In this document: positions 32,655-43,482 of the stretch, one piece after another
Layout: each line of letters begins with the position of its first letter
How positions within the stretch are numbered: position 1 is the stretch's first letter
Source: Polyangiaceae bacterium
Lineage (GTDB): Bacteria > Myxococcota_A > Polyangia > Polyangiales > Polyangiaceae
Reading direction: 5' to 3'
Assembly (NCBI GenBank): GCA_965222375.1
Contig: CBDCTZ010000015.1
Span: 192,001 to 256,000 of the forward strand
Length of the DNA: 64,000 nucleotides
Translations under genes and position numbers: made by a program
Notes under the pieces: model-generated
Seen by the model: the letters and a program-made list of their open reading frames with translations, nothing else
What the model was told of the DNA's origin: nothing
The model's database searches: none

Positions 32655-33572
32655 GTGAAAAACAGAGCTGTCTTGAGTCTTCTCGTGCTGGTGCTCGGCT
32701 GCGATTCCTCCAGCACTCCAGATCCGAAACCCATCGCTCCGGCGGTCGCCAATTGGGGCAGCGGAAAGGGCGATGTTGCTCGGGACGTACCTGACGAAGG
32801 TGCGCCGGAATCCGTGCGTAGCTTTGCGGTAGATGACGCGGGCAGCGTGTACCTGCTCGACACGCTCAACTCACGTATCGCCGTGTACAAGAGCGGCATA
32901 GCCTCGGCACCGGTGCCGCTGCCGAAAGGGCTTTTCGATGACATCGCTCTTCTGCCGTCGGGTGGGTACGCATTGTTGGACAACGCCAAACGCGTCATCA
33001 CCTATCTCGACGCCGAGGGCACCATAACTGGAGACACGCCTCTACAGCCTCTTGGGGTACCCGCTTCACGGGTGACTGCCCTCGACGTGACGGACGCGGT
33101 CTGGGTGGAGGTGGACGGCGAGTACTCGGTGAAGGTGGCGAGCAGCGAAGGCAAGACCACCGCGCCGGAAGCAGCGCCAGCGACGCTGCTGCTGAAGGAC
33201 TTTCACTACAGCCTGCAACGCAAGACCTCCGAGCTGACCACGCTGTACCGCTCCCCCGCAGCCGGGGGCGCTCGCAAAGCCCTTGGACAAGTGGACTTCG
33301 GACAGAGCGCTTTCGAGTGGCGCCTCTTCGCCTCCGATGACGCCGACGAACTCCGGGTTTTGGCCCGAGTCGGCAAAAGCCCGGGCGAAGCGGGAGAGAC
33401 CGTACTCCACATCACCCTCGGCACGGACGGAGTCGAGAAGTCGCGGGACAAACTATCCGGCAACGACGGCGTCGAAGAGGCTTTTCGCTTCGCGCGCTCT
33501 GCACCGAACGGCAAGTTGTATTGGATGCGCTTCACGCCGAATGGAGTTCGCGTGGAGGAGGTGAAGCCATGA
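32655..33572 (+). CDS. lipoprotein, probable beta-propeller
   Basis: VLGC lipobox; SFAVDDAGSVYLLDTLNSRI NHL-like blade. Confidence 0.75.
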   Translation: MKNRAVLSLLVLVLGCDSSSTPDPKPIAPAVANWGSGKGDVARDVPDEGAPESVRSFAVDDAGSVYLLDTLNSRIAVYKSGIASAPVPLPKGLFDDIALLPSGGYALLDNAKRVITYLDAEGTITGDTPLQPLGVPASRVTALDVTDAVWVEVDGEYSVKVASSEGKTTAPEAAPATLLLKDFHYSLQRKTSELTTLYRSPAAGGARKALGQVDFGQSAFEWRLFASDDADELRVLARVGKSPGEAGETVLHITLGTDGVEKSRDKLSGNDGVEEAFRFARSAPNGKLYWMRFTPNGVRVEEVKP

Positions 33573-35572
33573 AGCGCTGGCTCAGCCGCACACTCACTTT
33601 GCTGATGGCCCTGGCGGTCGGAAACTCCTGCGCCAGTTCGACCGAGGACGAACAGCTGGCCAGCCACCAGCTACCGGAAGTCAAAGCTCCCACAGAAGCC
33701 GTGTGTTCCATTCTCGTCACCGGAACCGGCAAGCTGGATATCGAGAACGAGTACCTCGCGAACGTCATCGCCTGCGAAGCATCTGGCTCCGCGGGGTTGG
33801 AAACCCTGAAGGCCCAGGCCATCGCTGCGCGCTCAGTGGCCTACTACGAGGCACTCGGAGACGGAACCATCTGCGACGGTCAAGGTTGCCAGGTGATGAC
33901 CTGCAGCCGCAAGCCGAGCGCCCTGCACTACCAGGCCGTCAAGGAGACGGCGCACCAATACCTGTCGCATTCCGGATTGGTCACCTACGGCTTCTACGTC
34001 AGTGGAGACGTCAACCCGGATCCAACCAGCTGCGTCGGGAATCCGAATCTCAAGCTCGAGAAGTACATCACCTACAACGATGGTAAGACCGGCGCAGCGG
34101 TGCAAATGACTACCCTGGGCTACGTTCCAAAAGGCGGCGGCGTGTTCGGACAGAACCGCGGATGCATGTCGCAGAACGGGTCGGTTTGCCTCGAGAACGG
34201 CGGCAAGACCTACCTCGACATCTTGCGCTTCTACTACGGCGCTGACATCGAGGTGCGCACGGGTCAGTCTTGCGTCGGCGCCCCGCTGCCCACACCAACG
34301 GAGCCCGAGGAGCCGACAACGGAGCCCGTACCGGCTTCCGGGGCGCTTGCGCCCATGACCCGCGCCGAAATCATTGGCATCGCCGAGAGCGGCATCGGCT
34401 ACTCGTACCGCTACGGGGGTGAATCCTGGGATCCGGGAGGAGTGAACTTCCCAGGCATATGCCACAAGACCTGCCTGGAACCGTCTTGTCATAGCGCGAG
34501 CAAGGGCGGCCCGGAGTGGGGCATGGATTGCTCAGGCTTCGTGCAGCAGGTGTGGCAGGCACCGCGCCCGAACCCCGTCAATCGAGAGATCGGGAAAGAA
34601 CGCTACAGCACCCACAACTTCCGCAACGAAGAGAAGGACTGGTTTCGGCTGAACAGTCGCGACGAGCTGAAACGCGGCGACGCACTCGTCTATCGCAACA
34701 GCAAGGGCGGTCACATCGTTCTGTTCGAGAAGTGGCTGGGCAACGGGCAGGCCCTCGTCTACGAATGCGCAGGCTGCAGCCGTGGGTGCGTTCACCGCGC
34801 CCGCAGCATCGGCGCCGCGTACATCCCGATTCGCCGCAGGCTCGTCAACGATCTGGATGACAAGGGCCTCGAAGGTGAGCTGGAAACCGCGAGCTGCGAG
34901 GAGATCTCAGGCTATGCGGTCGACCCGGCCAGCCCCGACACGCCCGTGGAAGTCGCGATCACGACTGACCGCCCCCTGGCCGAGAACGAGCAAGCTCAGG
35001 GGCAGCAACAAGTGTTGCTCACCTTGACCGCGAACCACAAGCGGCCGGATGTGTGCGCCAAGGGCAGCTCGTGTTTCATTGGCTTCATCGCGGCTCCCCC
35101 AAAAGAGCTCCTGGATGGCCTATCTCATCGTGTCTACGTCTACGCCCTGGGTGGTGGTGCCTTGGACAAACCCCGGCTCCTGGGTGGCTCCCCTCGAAGT
35201 CTGAAGTGCGATCCTCCGAGTGTCGGCACTTGCTCCCACAGCCCCTGCGCCGAGGGCGCCGCGCTGGATCCAACTTGCAGCACTTGCGTGAGCTGGATCT
35301 GTTTGGAAGACCCCGATTGCTGCAAGTCCGGCTGGGGCGCTTCCTGCATCGAGCGCATCGCGACCTTACCCGGTCGGGCGTGTAGCGGGCTATGCGCAGG
35401 GGGCCCGAGTAGCTGTGCCCACTCCGAATGCGAAGAAGGCGACGCATTGGCAACAACCTGCTCCAGCTGCGCGGACGCCGTGTGCAAGCGCGACCCCTTC
35501 TGCTGCAAGCACGAATGGGACGCAATCTGCGCACGCGAGGCAGAAGAGAACGCTTTCTGCGCGTGCCAGTGA
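33569..35572 (+). CDS. lipoprotein with SpoIID/LytB, NlpC/P60 and Cys-rich domains
   Basis: YLANVIACE..LKAQAIAARS, GCMSQNG..YLDILRFYYG; DCSGFVQQVW...GHIVLF; repeated CSHSPC..DPxCC. Confidence 0.88.
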   Translation: MKRWLSRTLTLLMALAVGNSCASSTEDEQLASHQLPEVKAPTEAVCSILVTGTGKLDIENEYLANVIACEASGSAGLETLKAQAIAARSVAYYEALGDGTICDGQGCQVMTCSRKPSALHYQAVKETAHQYLSHSGLVTYGFYVSGDVNPDPTSCVGNPNLKLEKYITYNDGKTGAAVQMTTLGYVPKGGGVFGQNRGCMSQNGSVCLENGGKTYLDILRFYYGADIEVRTGQSCVGAPLPTPTEPEEPTTEPVPASGALAPMTRAEIIGIAESGIGYSYRYGGESWDPGGVNFPGICHKTCLEPSCHSASKGGPEWGMDCSGFVQQVWQAPRPNPVNREIGKERYSTHNFRNEEKDWFRLNSRDELKRGDALVYRNSKGGHIVLFEKWLGNGQALVYECAGCSRGCVHRARSIGAAYIPIRRRLVNDLDDKGLEGELETASCEEISGYAVDPASPDTPVEVAITTDRPLAENEQAQGQQQVLLTLTANHKRPDVCAKGSSCFIGFIAAPPKELLDGLSHRVYVYALGGGALDKPRLLGGSPRSLKCDPPSVGTCSHSPCAEGAALDPTCSTCVSWICLEDPDCCKSGWGASCIERIATLPGRACSGLCAGGPSSCAHSECEEGDALATTCSSCADAVCKRDPFCCKHEWDAICAREAEENAFCACQ

Positions 35573-35705
35573 AGCGGCCGGTGGGTTCGGGCTCCTGGAT
35601 TGTCTGGGTCGCGGAGACTGCGCCGCCGCGGGCCACTGCTCTCGAGATGGGCTGAAAGTGGCGTTTCCAGAAAATGTCAGTAGGATGTCAGTAGGCTTTT
35701 CGGCT

Positions 35706-38549
35706 TCAGCGCGTGCCAATCAGGCGGGCGCGGAGCTCGGGATCGTTGGGGTCGAGGGTCTCCGCTTGCTTCCAGGTGGCGATGGCGTCTTTGCGCTTGC
35801 CCGCTTTGAGCAGTGCGTCACCCAGCAGCACGCGATATCGGATGTTGCCGCCGGCAATCTTGACGGCGCGCCGAGCCCAGACCACCGCCGCGACTCCCAA
35901 GTCCAACTTGATCAGCGCAGCAGCCGCCCCCGCAGCCGCACGTGCTTCCTTGGGTGCGAGCACATAGGCGCGACGCGAGTAGCGCTCCTGGGCAAAGTAG
36001 TCTCGTCGCGACAGAGCCTTGTCTGCAAGCGCCAGTTGTGTCTTCGCCAAGCTCGCTCGGCCAGCTTCATCGTTCAGCTCCAAGCCGGAGCCACGCATCA
36101 GCGGGTCTCGAGCCTCATCGAACTTCCCGGTCATGGCAAGGGCATCAGCGAAAGCGCGCAGGGCTTGGCGATCACCTGGCTGTATCTTCAGTGCGGCTTT
36201 GGCCGCCTCGGCGCCGCTCCTTCCGTCTCGACGCAGCAGCAACGTCCGCGCAAGCTCCACGTGCGCCTGGAACAGCGATGCGTCAAAGGCGATGGCGCGA
36301 CAGTATGCCCGCTGGGTCTGTTCGAGATCGCCTCGCACCAGATGCTTGCGCGCGGCGCGTAGCTGCGCGTAGGCCGCGCCGGGATAGACGCCCGGCGGTG
36401 GTTCCGAAGTGGACAGTAGCGCAGCGCAAGTGGGCGCCGTCTTCATGGGCTCAGCATCGCTTTCCGAAAGCGATGGGCTGGCGGGCTTGCCGGATTGGGT
36501 TGGCTTCGCAGGTTTGCCGGACTGGGCGGGTGCTGCGGACTTGGACGGCGCAGCCACAGACGTGGCTGGCGTCGGTGGAGTGCCGGCGGCCGCCTTCGAT
36601 GCGGCCGGCGCTGGCGTGGGTGGCGGCTTGGCAGACTCGGCCACAGGCGACGCGTGGGAGCGGGAGCGCACAAACCAGAGCACCACCACCACGACCACCA
36701 GGATCTGCGCGCCGGCGATCAGCGCCAACTGCCAGCGCTTGAGCCCGAAGGGCCCTCGGCCGCGCTTCAAGTCTCGCGCGGCGCGATCAAGATCGCGCCC
36801 GATGGCCTGAGCGCCGGCGTCGGGATCCGCGATGCTCTCCCGGGGCGCCGGCTTGGGGGCTTGGGCCGGGATGCTCGGCGGTATAGGCGGAGTCTCTGAA
36901 TCTGCCTGGCTGAGCGCGACGTCGACGGTCGCCATGATATTCGCTGTGGTGGCCTTCTCGACGGGTTCCACCCGAATACGACCCGAAGACAGAACTAGCA
37001 GAGCCGCCAGAGCCGTCGGCCCTTCGAGCACTTTGCCGCTGCCATCGAGCAGGTGACAAGTGGCGCCAACGATCAATTCCTCGGACGCGTCTACTTGAAT
37101 CTGTGCCCGTGGGTTGGTGACGGTCATGCGCACAGTTCGGCCAGAAGCGGCTATCGCTCTCAAGATGCGGGCGGGACCCATGATCTCCAACCGGGTGTCG
37201 AAGGCGATTCCCGCGCTGGCGCGCTGCCTGGCGGATTGTTCGGGTTCGGCCAGTTGGGTGAGCGTACCCAAGATCCGATCCACGCCTGCTACGGGCGATG
37301 CCTCGGTCCAGACTTCGTTCCAACGCACGACGAGCAGCGCCGACCACTTCAAGCGCGAGTCGCTCCGCAAACGGCGCATCAACTGGTAGCCCTTGCCGCG
37401 CGCGTGTTCGTCCCCGATTAGCAGAATCCCCGGGTCGAGTTGGCGAAGACGCGCAAAGCGGACATCACTCGGTTCCAGATCCGTGACGACAAGGGTCACG
37501 CCTCGTGCGCGTAGCTCTCGAGAAACCGCGTCGGCGCGTGCGGCGTCGTCTTCCGCAAGCAGGATGCGCAGCCCACCGATGTCCTCTTCCCCGGCGCGAC
37601 CCACGGTCTCGTCGCCACCCAGAAGCTGGATGGTGCCACCGGCATGCTCGTCGAACTCCCAACGGAGGGCCTCGGCCATGACTACCTGGCCGCGAACCCG
37701 GTCGACGAAGTCCTCGATGGCTTCGGTCAAGGGTTTGCCGGCGCCCAACACCAAGCGCAGAGTCTCCGTGTCGTCCCCGGCGCCGGTGTGAACGCTCAGG
37801 ATGCCGGTCTTGAGCTGCTTGGTCAGGGCGCGAACCAAGTCTTCGAGCGTTGCCTCGCCGACATCCCCGAGCTCAGAGCCACCGCGGTCGGGGATCTCAC
37901 GTGCAAGCCGCGCGATGCGCTCGCCAATCTGGTCGATGCTTGCGGAGTGGGGGATCACCGCGGCCGCACCGTGGCGAAACGCGCGCAGCCGCGTCTCCAA
38001 CGCGGCGTCATCGCTCAGCAGCGCGACGGGCACCACGGACGTGTGAGGTGAACTCGACAGCTGAGCCAGCACGCCAAGACCGCCCTCTTTGGCGGCCTCG
38101 CCGGCCAAGACAACCAGATCGGGTGCTGCCACGACGACCGCGTCGACTGCGTCGTCCGGGCTGCAGCTCTCGACGTACAGACGGTGCCGAGCCATTGCCG
38201 GCTCGAGGGTCTCGAGCAGCGTCGGCGAAGCAGCCACGAACAGCACCGATGGATCGGCACCACCGCCGTCCCGAACGCGAGGTCGCAGGGACAAGGGGCG
38301 CAGGGACGGCGGTCTGCGCGATGGGCTCGGTGGCTTCGACTTCGGAGGTGCCGAAGGCAGGAAGTCGCCGGCGGGCATGGTGGGTGCTTCGGCTCCAAAA
38401 CCACCGGCCATGGTCGTCTCCGGTGGCCGAACGGTCTTGGCTACGTGGGTCGCCTTGCGACCTGCGGGCTTTTCGCCCGCGCCGTCACGCGCCGGCTCAG
38501 GAGGCGGCGGAGGCAATAGCCCGCTTGACCGCTCGTCCCAAGAGCCCAT
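35706..38549 (-). CDS. membrane protein with two atypical receiver domains and C-terminal TPRs
   Basis: REC-like PDLVVLA and ILLAEDD segments, TM LVVVVVVLWFV, TPR helices; start uncertain. Confidence 0.8.
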   Translation of the reverse strand: MGSWDERSSGLLPPPPPEPARDGAGEKPAGRKATHVAKTVRPPETTMAGGFGAEAPTMPAGDFLPSAPPKSKPPSPSRRPPSLRPLSLRPRVRDGGGADPSVLFVAASPTLLETLEPAMARHRLYVESCSPDDAVDAVVVAAPDLVVLAGEAAKEGGLGVLAQLSSSPHTSVVPVALLSDDAALETRLRAFRHGAAAVIPHSASIDQIGERIARLAREIPDRGGSELGDVGEATLEDLVRALTKQLKTGILSVHTGAGDDTETLRLVLGAGKPLTEAIEDFVDRVRGQVVMAEALRWEFDEHAGGTIQLLGGDETVGRAGEEDIGGLRILLAEDDAARADAVSRELRARGVTLVVTDLEPSDVRFARLRQLDPGILLIGDEHARGKGYQLMRRLRSDSRLKWSALLVVRWNEVWTEASPVAGVDRILGTLTQLAEPEQSARQRASAGIAFDTRLEIMGPARILRAIAASGRTVRMTVTNPRAQIQVDASEELIVGATCHLLDGSGKVLEGPTALAALLVLSSGRIRVEPVEKATTANIMATVDVALSQADSETPPIPPSIPAQAPKPAPRESIADPDAGAQAIGRDLDRAARDLKRGRGPFGLKRWQLALIAGAQILVVVVVVLWFVRSRSHASPVAESAKPPPTPAPAASKAAAGTPPTPATSVAAPSKSAAPAQSGKPAKPTQSGKPASPSLSESDAEPMKTAPTCAALLSTSEPPPGVYPGAAYAQLRAARKHLVRGDLEQTQRAYCRAIAFDASLFQAHVELARTLLLRRDGRSGAEAAKAALKIQPGDRQALRAFADALAMTGKFDEARDPLMRGSGLELNDEAGRASLAKTQLALADKALSRRDYFAQERYSRRAYVLAPKEARAAAGAAAALIKLDLGVAAVVWARRAVKIAGGNIRYRVLLGDALLKAGKRKDAIATWKQAETLDPNDPELRARLIGTR

Positions 38550-38790
38550 AAGCAATATCATCGCGGGTTTTTGCCAAAGGGGCCAGAGATTGACGCTCAG
38601 GTCCGTGTCCTATGCTTCCGGAACTCCTCGGGATTTGCTGGCGCTTGGTGGGTTGGCGCGTGCGACGATTACTTACTGAAGTGCACAGCCGCCGCGGCAG
38701 CGTTCCTCTGCCACACACCGACGCACATCGTCGCCTGGTGAGCAGCGGACTTTCACGGGGCTTTTCTGAACGACTACGACTCGACGGCGC

Positions 38791-39618
38791 TCACTTCGAA
38801 GCGGCTGCGCGAGCGTCGACTTGCTGCAGCAGCTCGACCAACTCGTCGTGCAGGATTCCATTCGAGACGACCACGTGGCCTCGAGACAAATCCGGGACAC
38901 CGCCGCTCAGGTTGGTCACCTTCGCGCCCGCAGCAAGCGCTATGGAGACTCCTGCCGCCAAATCCCAAGTGGACAGCTTCCGCTCCCAGAACATGTCGTA
39001 GGTGCCATCCGCTACCAGGCAGACGTCAATGGAAGCCGAACCGCAGCGCCGCACTCCTTGGGCGCGCTTCTTCACCGCGACGAAACTGTCGAAGTTGTTG
39101 TCCGGCGCCACATCTCGCTTTCGAGGGAAACCCGTAGCGCCGAGAGCCTGCTCGAAGTCGGCGCAGCTACTGACCCGGCATGGCTCGACGTTCCTATTCG
39201 CGGTCTGACCGGTAGCGCCATGCCACTCGAGGGACAGCGCTGGGGCAACGACGGCTCCGAGCAAGGCTTCCGTGTTGTCCATCAGCCCAATGCTGACCGC
39301 CCAGAACGGGTGCCCATGGGCGTAGTTGGCCGTGCCGTCGATGGGGTCGCAATACCAGACGAGACCTGACGCGGCCGCACCGCCTTCTTCTTCCCCGAAA
39401 ACTGGGATCTCCGGCGTGCGCTTGGCGAGCAGCTCACGTGCAAGGCGCTCGGTGGACAGATCGAATTCCGTCACCAAGTCTTTGGCCCCCTTCTCCGTCA
39501 CTCGATGCGGCTGCCGGAAGCCGCTCATAGCGAGGGCGCCGGCCTCTCGCCCGACCTCGAGGGCGATCTGGGTCAGCCGTTGCTTTTCAACTGCACCTAG
39601 GTCTGCGACGGAAGTCAC
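38791..39618 (-). CDS. suhB: inositol monophosphatase family protein
   Basis: [32 protein letters not shown]. Confidence 0.92.
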   Translation of the reverse strand: MTSVADLGAVEKQRLTQIALEVGREAGALAMSGFRQPHRVTEKGAKDLVTEFDLSTERLARELLAKRTPEIPVFGEEEGGAAASGLVWYCDPIDGTANYAHGHPFWAVSIGLMDNTEALLGAVVAPALSLEWHGATGQTANRNVEPCRVSSCADFEQALGATGFPRKRDVAPDNNFDSFVAVKKRAQGVRRCGSASIDVCLVADGTYDMFWERKLSTWDLAAGVSIALAAGAKVTNLSGGVPDLSRGHVVVSNGILHDELVELLQQVDARAAASK

Positions 39619-40181
39619 GCCGCGTGGCACTTCTTGTATTTCTTACCGCTTCCGCAGGGACAAGGATCGTTGCGACCGACCTTGGGTTCCTCGCGCTTCA
39701 CTGGGGGCCCGGCAATCTGCTCACCGTCAGCGAACAACCACTTGCCATTGCGCTTTTCGAAGTGAGCCCGCTCGCGATGGTCCACCCCGACGTTTTTCAC
39801 TTTGTATTTCGCGAGGAACTCGACCGTGCCCTTCTCGTCCTTTTCACCGCCACCCTCGGTAGAAATCACTTCGAGGCTGAGCCACTCGCTCTGTTTGCTC
39901 CACATGGCCGTGCTCTCACGGTCCACATCCTTGGCGGCCTCAGGCGTGTGGGACGCCAAGATGAAATCCACTTCGCCGAGGGCGTAAGCGGAGTAGCGCG
40001 CACGCATCAGATCTTCGGCAGTCTTCGCCTTCTTCTTACCTTTGATGATCGGCAGACAGTGGGTTTCGGTGCTGTCACCAACTCCGCATACACAGGGCAA
40101 AGCGATTCTCCTGGGTTTCTCGACTCGAGCGCCGGTTTCCGGGCCCGGGGAGCAACCTAGTAGAATGCATCCGCGAGGCAA
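39615..40181 (-). CDS. ychJ: YchJ family protein with SEC-C motif (true start probably near 40100)
   Basis: [35 protein letters not shown]. Confidence 0.9.
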   Translation of the reverse strand: MPRGCILLGCSPGPETGARVEKPRRIALPCVCGVGDSTETHCLPIIKGKKKAKTAEDLMRARYSAYALGEVDFILASHTPEAAKDVDRESTAMWSKQSEWLSLEVISTEGGGEKDEKGTVEFLAKYKVKNVGVDHRERAHFEKRNGKWLFADGEQIAGPPVKREEPKVGRNDPCPCGSGKKYKKCHAA

Positions 40182-40297
40182 AGCCCTCTCGCCCGTGGTC
40201 GAACGCGCTGCGTCGCCTGATCCGCTTCAGAGGGAACAGGAGGCGGGAAGGTCGGGAAGGAAGAGGGTTTGGGTCTGTTCGGATCTCTCGCTCCAGG

Positions 40298-41758
40298 CTA
40301 CGCGCGTTCCAGGGCGCGCAAGATCCGGTCGTGGATGCCGCCGAATGCGCCGTTTGACAAGAGGGCGATGACATCTCCGGATCCGGCGCGCTCTACCAGC
40401 TGACTGACGATGTCATCGAGGGCCGAATGCGCCGTCGCCTGCTTGCCCCGCTGTCGAAGCGCCGCGGCGATTTTCTCCGTGTCCAGGCGCTCTTCGGCGG
40501 GAAGATCTCGGCCCAAGGGGGCCAGGTGGATCTCATCCGCAGAGTCCCAGCAGTCCTCGTAGGCCGCCTGATGGATATTGCGGCAGGCCGTGGCACTGCG
40601 TGGCTCGAAGATGGCGAAGAGCCGAGACTTGGAATGCTTCTGGCGAAGTGCCAGCAGCGTTTCGTGCACGGCAGTCGGGTGGTGCGCGAAGTCGTCGTAG
40701 ACGAAGATCCCCCGGGGCTGTCCGATCAAGTCTTGGCGACGCCCCACGCCGGCGAACTGCGGCAGCCCCTCGCCTAGAGCTTCCAAACGCACTCCGTAGC
40801 CCTGCGCGGCAGCGCCGACAGCCGCCAGGGCGTTCTTCAAGTTGTGGCGCCCGGGAGCCTTCAGGGTGCAACGACCACAGGCAACTCCGCCGGCGAAGAG
40901 CTCGAACACCGTACCGTTTTGATCAATCTTGACCGGTGCCGCCAACCAGTGCGGTGACTGTCCGTGGGTGTCTTCGCCCTGCAGCGCGAACCACGCCACT
41001 TCGCTTTTGGCGTGCTTTGATACGATTTCCACGACCCGCGAATCAGCGGCGTTGGCCACGAGCAGGCCAGTATCCGGAATGCTCGCGACAAAGTCCCGAA
41101 ACGCCTGCAGATAGCGTTCCTCGGTGGGATAGATGTCGATGTGGTCGTGCTCGATGCTGGTGATGATGGCGACTTCGGGCTGGTAGTGCAGGAACTTTGC
41201 GGTCTTTTCGAAGTACGCGGTGTCGTATTCGTCGCCTTCGATCACGAAGGGCACGTTGCGCAGTCGCCCGTCGGTATTGAGCCGGCGCGGCCCCGGGTCT
41301 GCGCCGCGAAAGCTGGTCGAGAAATTCTTTGGCAAGCCGCCGATCAGAAAGCCAGGGGAGCGCCCAGCAACTTCCAACAAGTGCGCGACCATGGCGCTGG
41401 TGGTCGTCTTGCCATGGGTTCCCGCGACGACCAGCGGTGACGTGCCAGGAAACACCAGGCGCTGGAGTGCTCCGGCGATGTGGGTGACGTCCATCTTCCG
41501 CTCGAAGGCGTGCATCGCCTCGGGGTTGTTTCGCCGGCACACGTTGCCGACGACGACCAGGTCCGGCTCGGGCTCCAGGTGTGCCGGGTCGAAAGCCTCC
41601 AAGCAGCGAATGCCCCACTCCTTCAGGGCGGGGCCCATGGGTGGATCGAAGGCGACATCGCTGCCCGTCACCTCGTGTCCCTGGCTCTTGAGCAGCCCGG
41701 CTAGGCTGCCCATGCCGGTACCAGCCACGGCGATGACGTGGACGCGCATCTTCTTCAC
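40298..41758 (-). CDS. mpl: murein peptide ligase
   Basis: AVAGTGMGSLA, AGTHGKTTT, EGDEYDTAYF, DDFAHHPT, FEPRS, SNGAFGGIH. Confidence 0.92.
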   Translation of the reverse strand: MKKMRVHVIAVAGTGMGSLAGLLKSQGHEVTGSDVAFDPPMGPALKEWGIRCLEAFDPAHLEPEPDLVVVGNVCRRNNPEAMHAFERKMDVTHIAGALQRLVFPGTSPLVVAGTHGKTTTSAMVAHLLEVAGRSPGFLIGGLPKNFSTSFRGADPGPRRLNTDGRLRNVPFVIEGDEYDTAYFEKTAKFLHYQPEVAIITSIEHDHIDIYPTEERYLQAFRDFVASIPDTGLLVANAADSRVVEIVSKHAKSEVAWFALQGEDTHGQSPHWLAAPVKIDQNGTVFELFAGGVACGRCTLKAPGRHNLKNALAAVGAAAQGYGVRLEALGEGLPQFAGVGRRQDLIGQPRGIFVYDDFAHHPTAVHETLLALRQKHSKSRLFAIFEPRSATACRNIHQAAYEDCWDSADEIHLAPLGRDLPAEERLDTEKIAAALRQRGKQATAHSALDDIVSQLVERAGSGDVIALLSNGAFGGIHDRILRALERA

Positions 41759-43482
41759 ATCTTCGCCGGAGCTTCGATGCCGAGCAGCCCGAGGCCCGAG
41801 GCGACTACCCGGGCGGACAGGTCTGCTAGCGCCAGTCGCGACGCGCGTTCTTCAGGGGTGGCTGCTTTGAGCACGGGGCAACTCTCGTAGAAGGCCATGA
41901 ACGCAGTAGCCAATTCGTACAGGTAGGTGCACAGCTTGTGGGGCTCGAGGGTCTGCTCCACTTCTGTCACTACGCTGGGGTAGGCTAATAGCTGCAGCGC
42001 GAGGGCGCGTTCCTGGGGCGCGACCACCCTGATGCCGGAGCCCTTGGCCTCTTCGCCCCCGGCCTTTCGGAAGATGGAACGGATGCGCGCATGGGCGTAC
42101 TGCAGGTAGGGCGCGGTGTTGCCATTCAGTGCCAACATCCGCGAATAGTCGAAGGTGTAGTCGCGGATGCGATCACTGGACAGATCTGCGTACTTGACCG
42201 CGCCAACGCCCACGGCTCGAGCGATCTCGCTGCGGGCGTGGGCGTCCATCTCCGGATTCTTCTCCAGCACCACGGCTTCCGCGCGGGTCACGGCTTCTTG
42301 CAGCAGATCGATCAGGCGAACGGTCTCGCCCGCGCGCGTCTTGAACATCTTGCCGTCGGAGCCCAGCACCGAACCGAAGGACACGTGTTCGGCCCGAATG
42401 GGCGGCGCCAGCCAACCGGCCATCTCCGCAGTCTTGAACAGCATGGCCAAGTGCTGCGACTGTGGCGTGCCGACCACGTAGATGATCCGCGTGGCCTTGA
42501 GCTTGTCGATCCGGTAGCGAATCGCCGCGACGTCCGTCGTGGCGTAGCCGTAGCCGCCGTCCTGCTTCTTGATGATCAGAGGAAGGGGCTTGTCGTCGCG
42601 GCCGGTGAACCCGTCCGGGAAGACGCAAACCGCGCCATCGCTGTCCACGGCCAAGCCCTTGCGCTCCAGGCGCTCGATGGTGGGAGCGAGCATCGGATTG
42701 TATAGGCTCTCTCCAGCAACGTCGGCGTTGTCCAGACTGATGCCGAGAAGTTCGTACACGCTGGCAAAGTAGCGCTTGGAGGAATCCACCAGCTTGCGCC
42801 ACAGCGCCAGGGTTTCATCATCGCCGCCTTGCAGCATCACCACGCGCTTGCGTGAGCGCTCCGCAAAGGCTTCGTCGGAGTCGAACTTCTCACGCGCGGC
42901 CTTGTAGAAGGCATTCAGATCCGACACCGAGTGCTGTTCCGCATCTTCGCCACCATCGAGCAAGTGTTCGATCAACATGCCAAAAGGCGTTCCCCAATCC
43001 CCAAGGTGGTTCTGGCGAATGACTTTGTGGCCGCGGGCCGCGAGCACGTGCGCCAGGGCATCACCGATGATGGTGCTGCGCAGATGCCCCACGTGCATCT
43101 CCTTGGCGACGTTCGGCGAGGAGTAGTCGATGACGACGATGTCTGCAGGCGACGCGGGACTGACCCCCAAGCCGTCGGCGTCGAACACAGCGCTCAGCTG
43201 TTTCGCCAAGTAGTCCGCGCGCAACGTCACATTGACGAATCCGGGCCCGGCGATTTCCGTTTTCTCGATGGCGTCTCCGGGTGGAAGATGCTCGACGATG
43301 GCGGCGGCGACATCTCGAGGCTTCTGCTTGACGCGTTTTGCCAGGCCAAGCGCCGCGTTGATTTGAAAGTCCGCAAATTGCGACGGTCGCAGCATGGGAT
43401 CCACGTCGGCATATTCGTCGCCAAACGCCGCTTGGATGGCGCTGCGAAAAACGGGATCCAACTGGGCAATCGGGTCAGCCAT
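41755..43482 (-). CDS. argS: arginine--tRNA ligase
   Basis: DYSSPNVAKEMHVGHLRS, NHLGDWGT, KMFKTR, GNTAPYLQY, DALR-type end. Confidence 0.98.
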   Translation of the reverse strand: MADPIAQLDPVFRSAIQAAFGDEYADVDPMLRPSQFADFQINAALGLAKRVKQKPRDVAAAIVEHLPPGDAIEKTEIAGPGFVNVTLRADYLAKQLSAVFDADGLGVSPASPADIVVIDYSSPNVAKEMHVGHLRSTIIGDALAHVLAARGHKVIRQNHLGDWGTPFGMLIEHLLDGGEDAEQHSVSDLNAFYKAAREKFDSDEAFAERSRKRVVMLQGGDDETLALWRKLVDSSKRYFASVYELLGISLDNADVAGESLYNPMLAPTIERLERKGLAVDSDGAVCVFPDGFTGRDDKPLPLIIKKQDGGYGYATTDVAAIRYRIDKLKATRIIYVVGTPQSQHLAMLFKTAEMAGWLAPPIRAEHVSFGSVLGSDGKMFKTRAGETVRLIDLLQEAVTRAEAVVLEKNPEMDAHARSEIARAVGVGAVKYADLSSDRIRDYTFDYSRMLALNGNTAPYLQYAHARIRSIFRKAGGEEAKGSGIRVVAPQERALALQLLAYPSVVTEVEQTLEPHKLCTYLYELATAFMAFYESCPVLKAATPEERASRLALADLSARVVASGLGLLGIEAPAKM

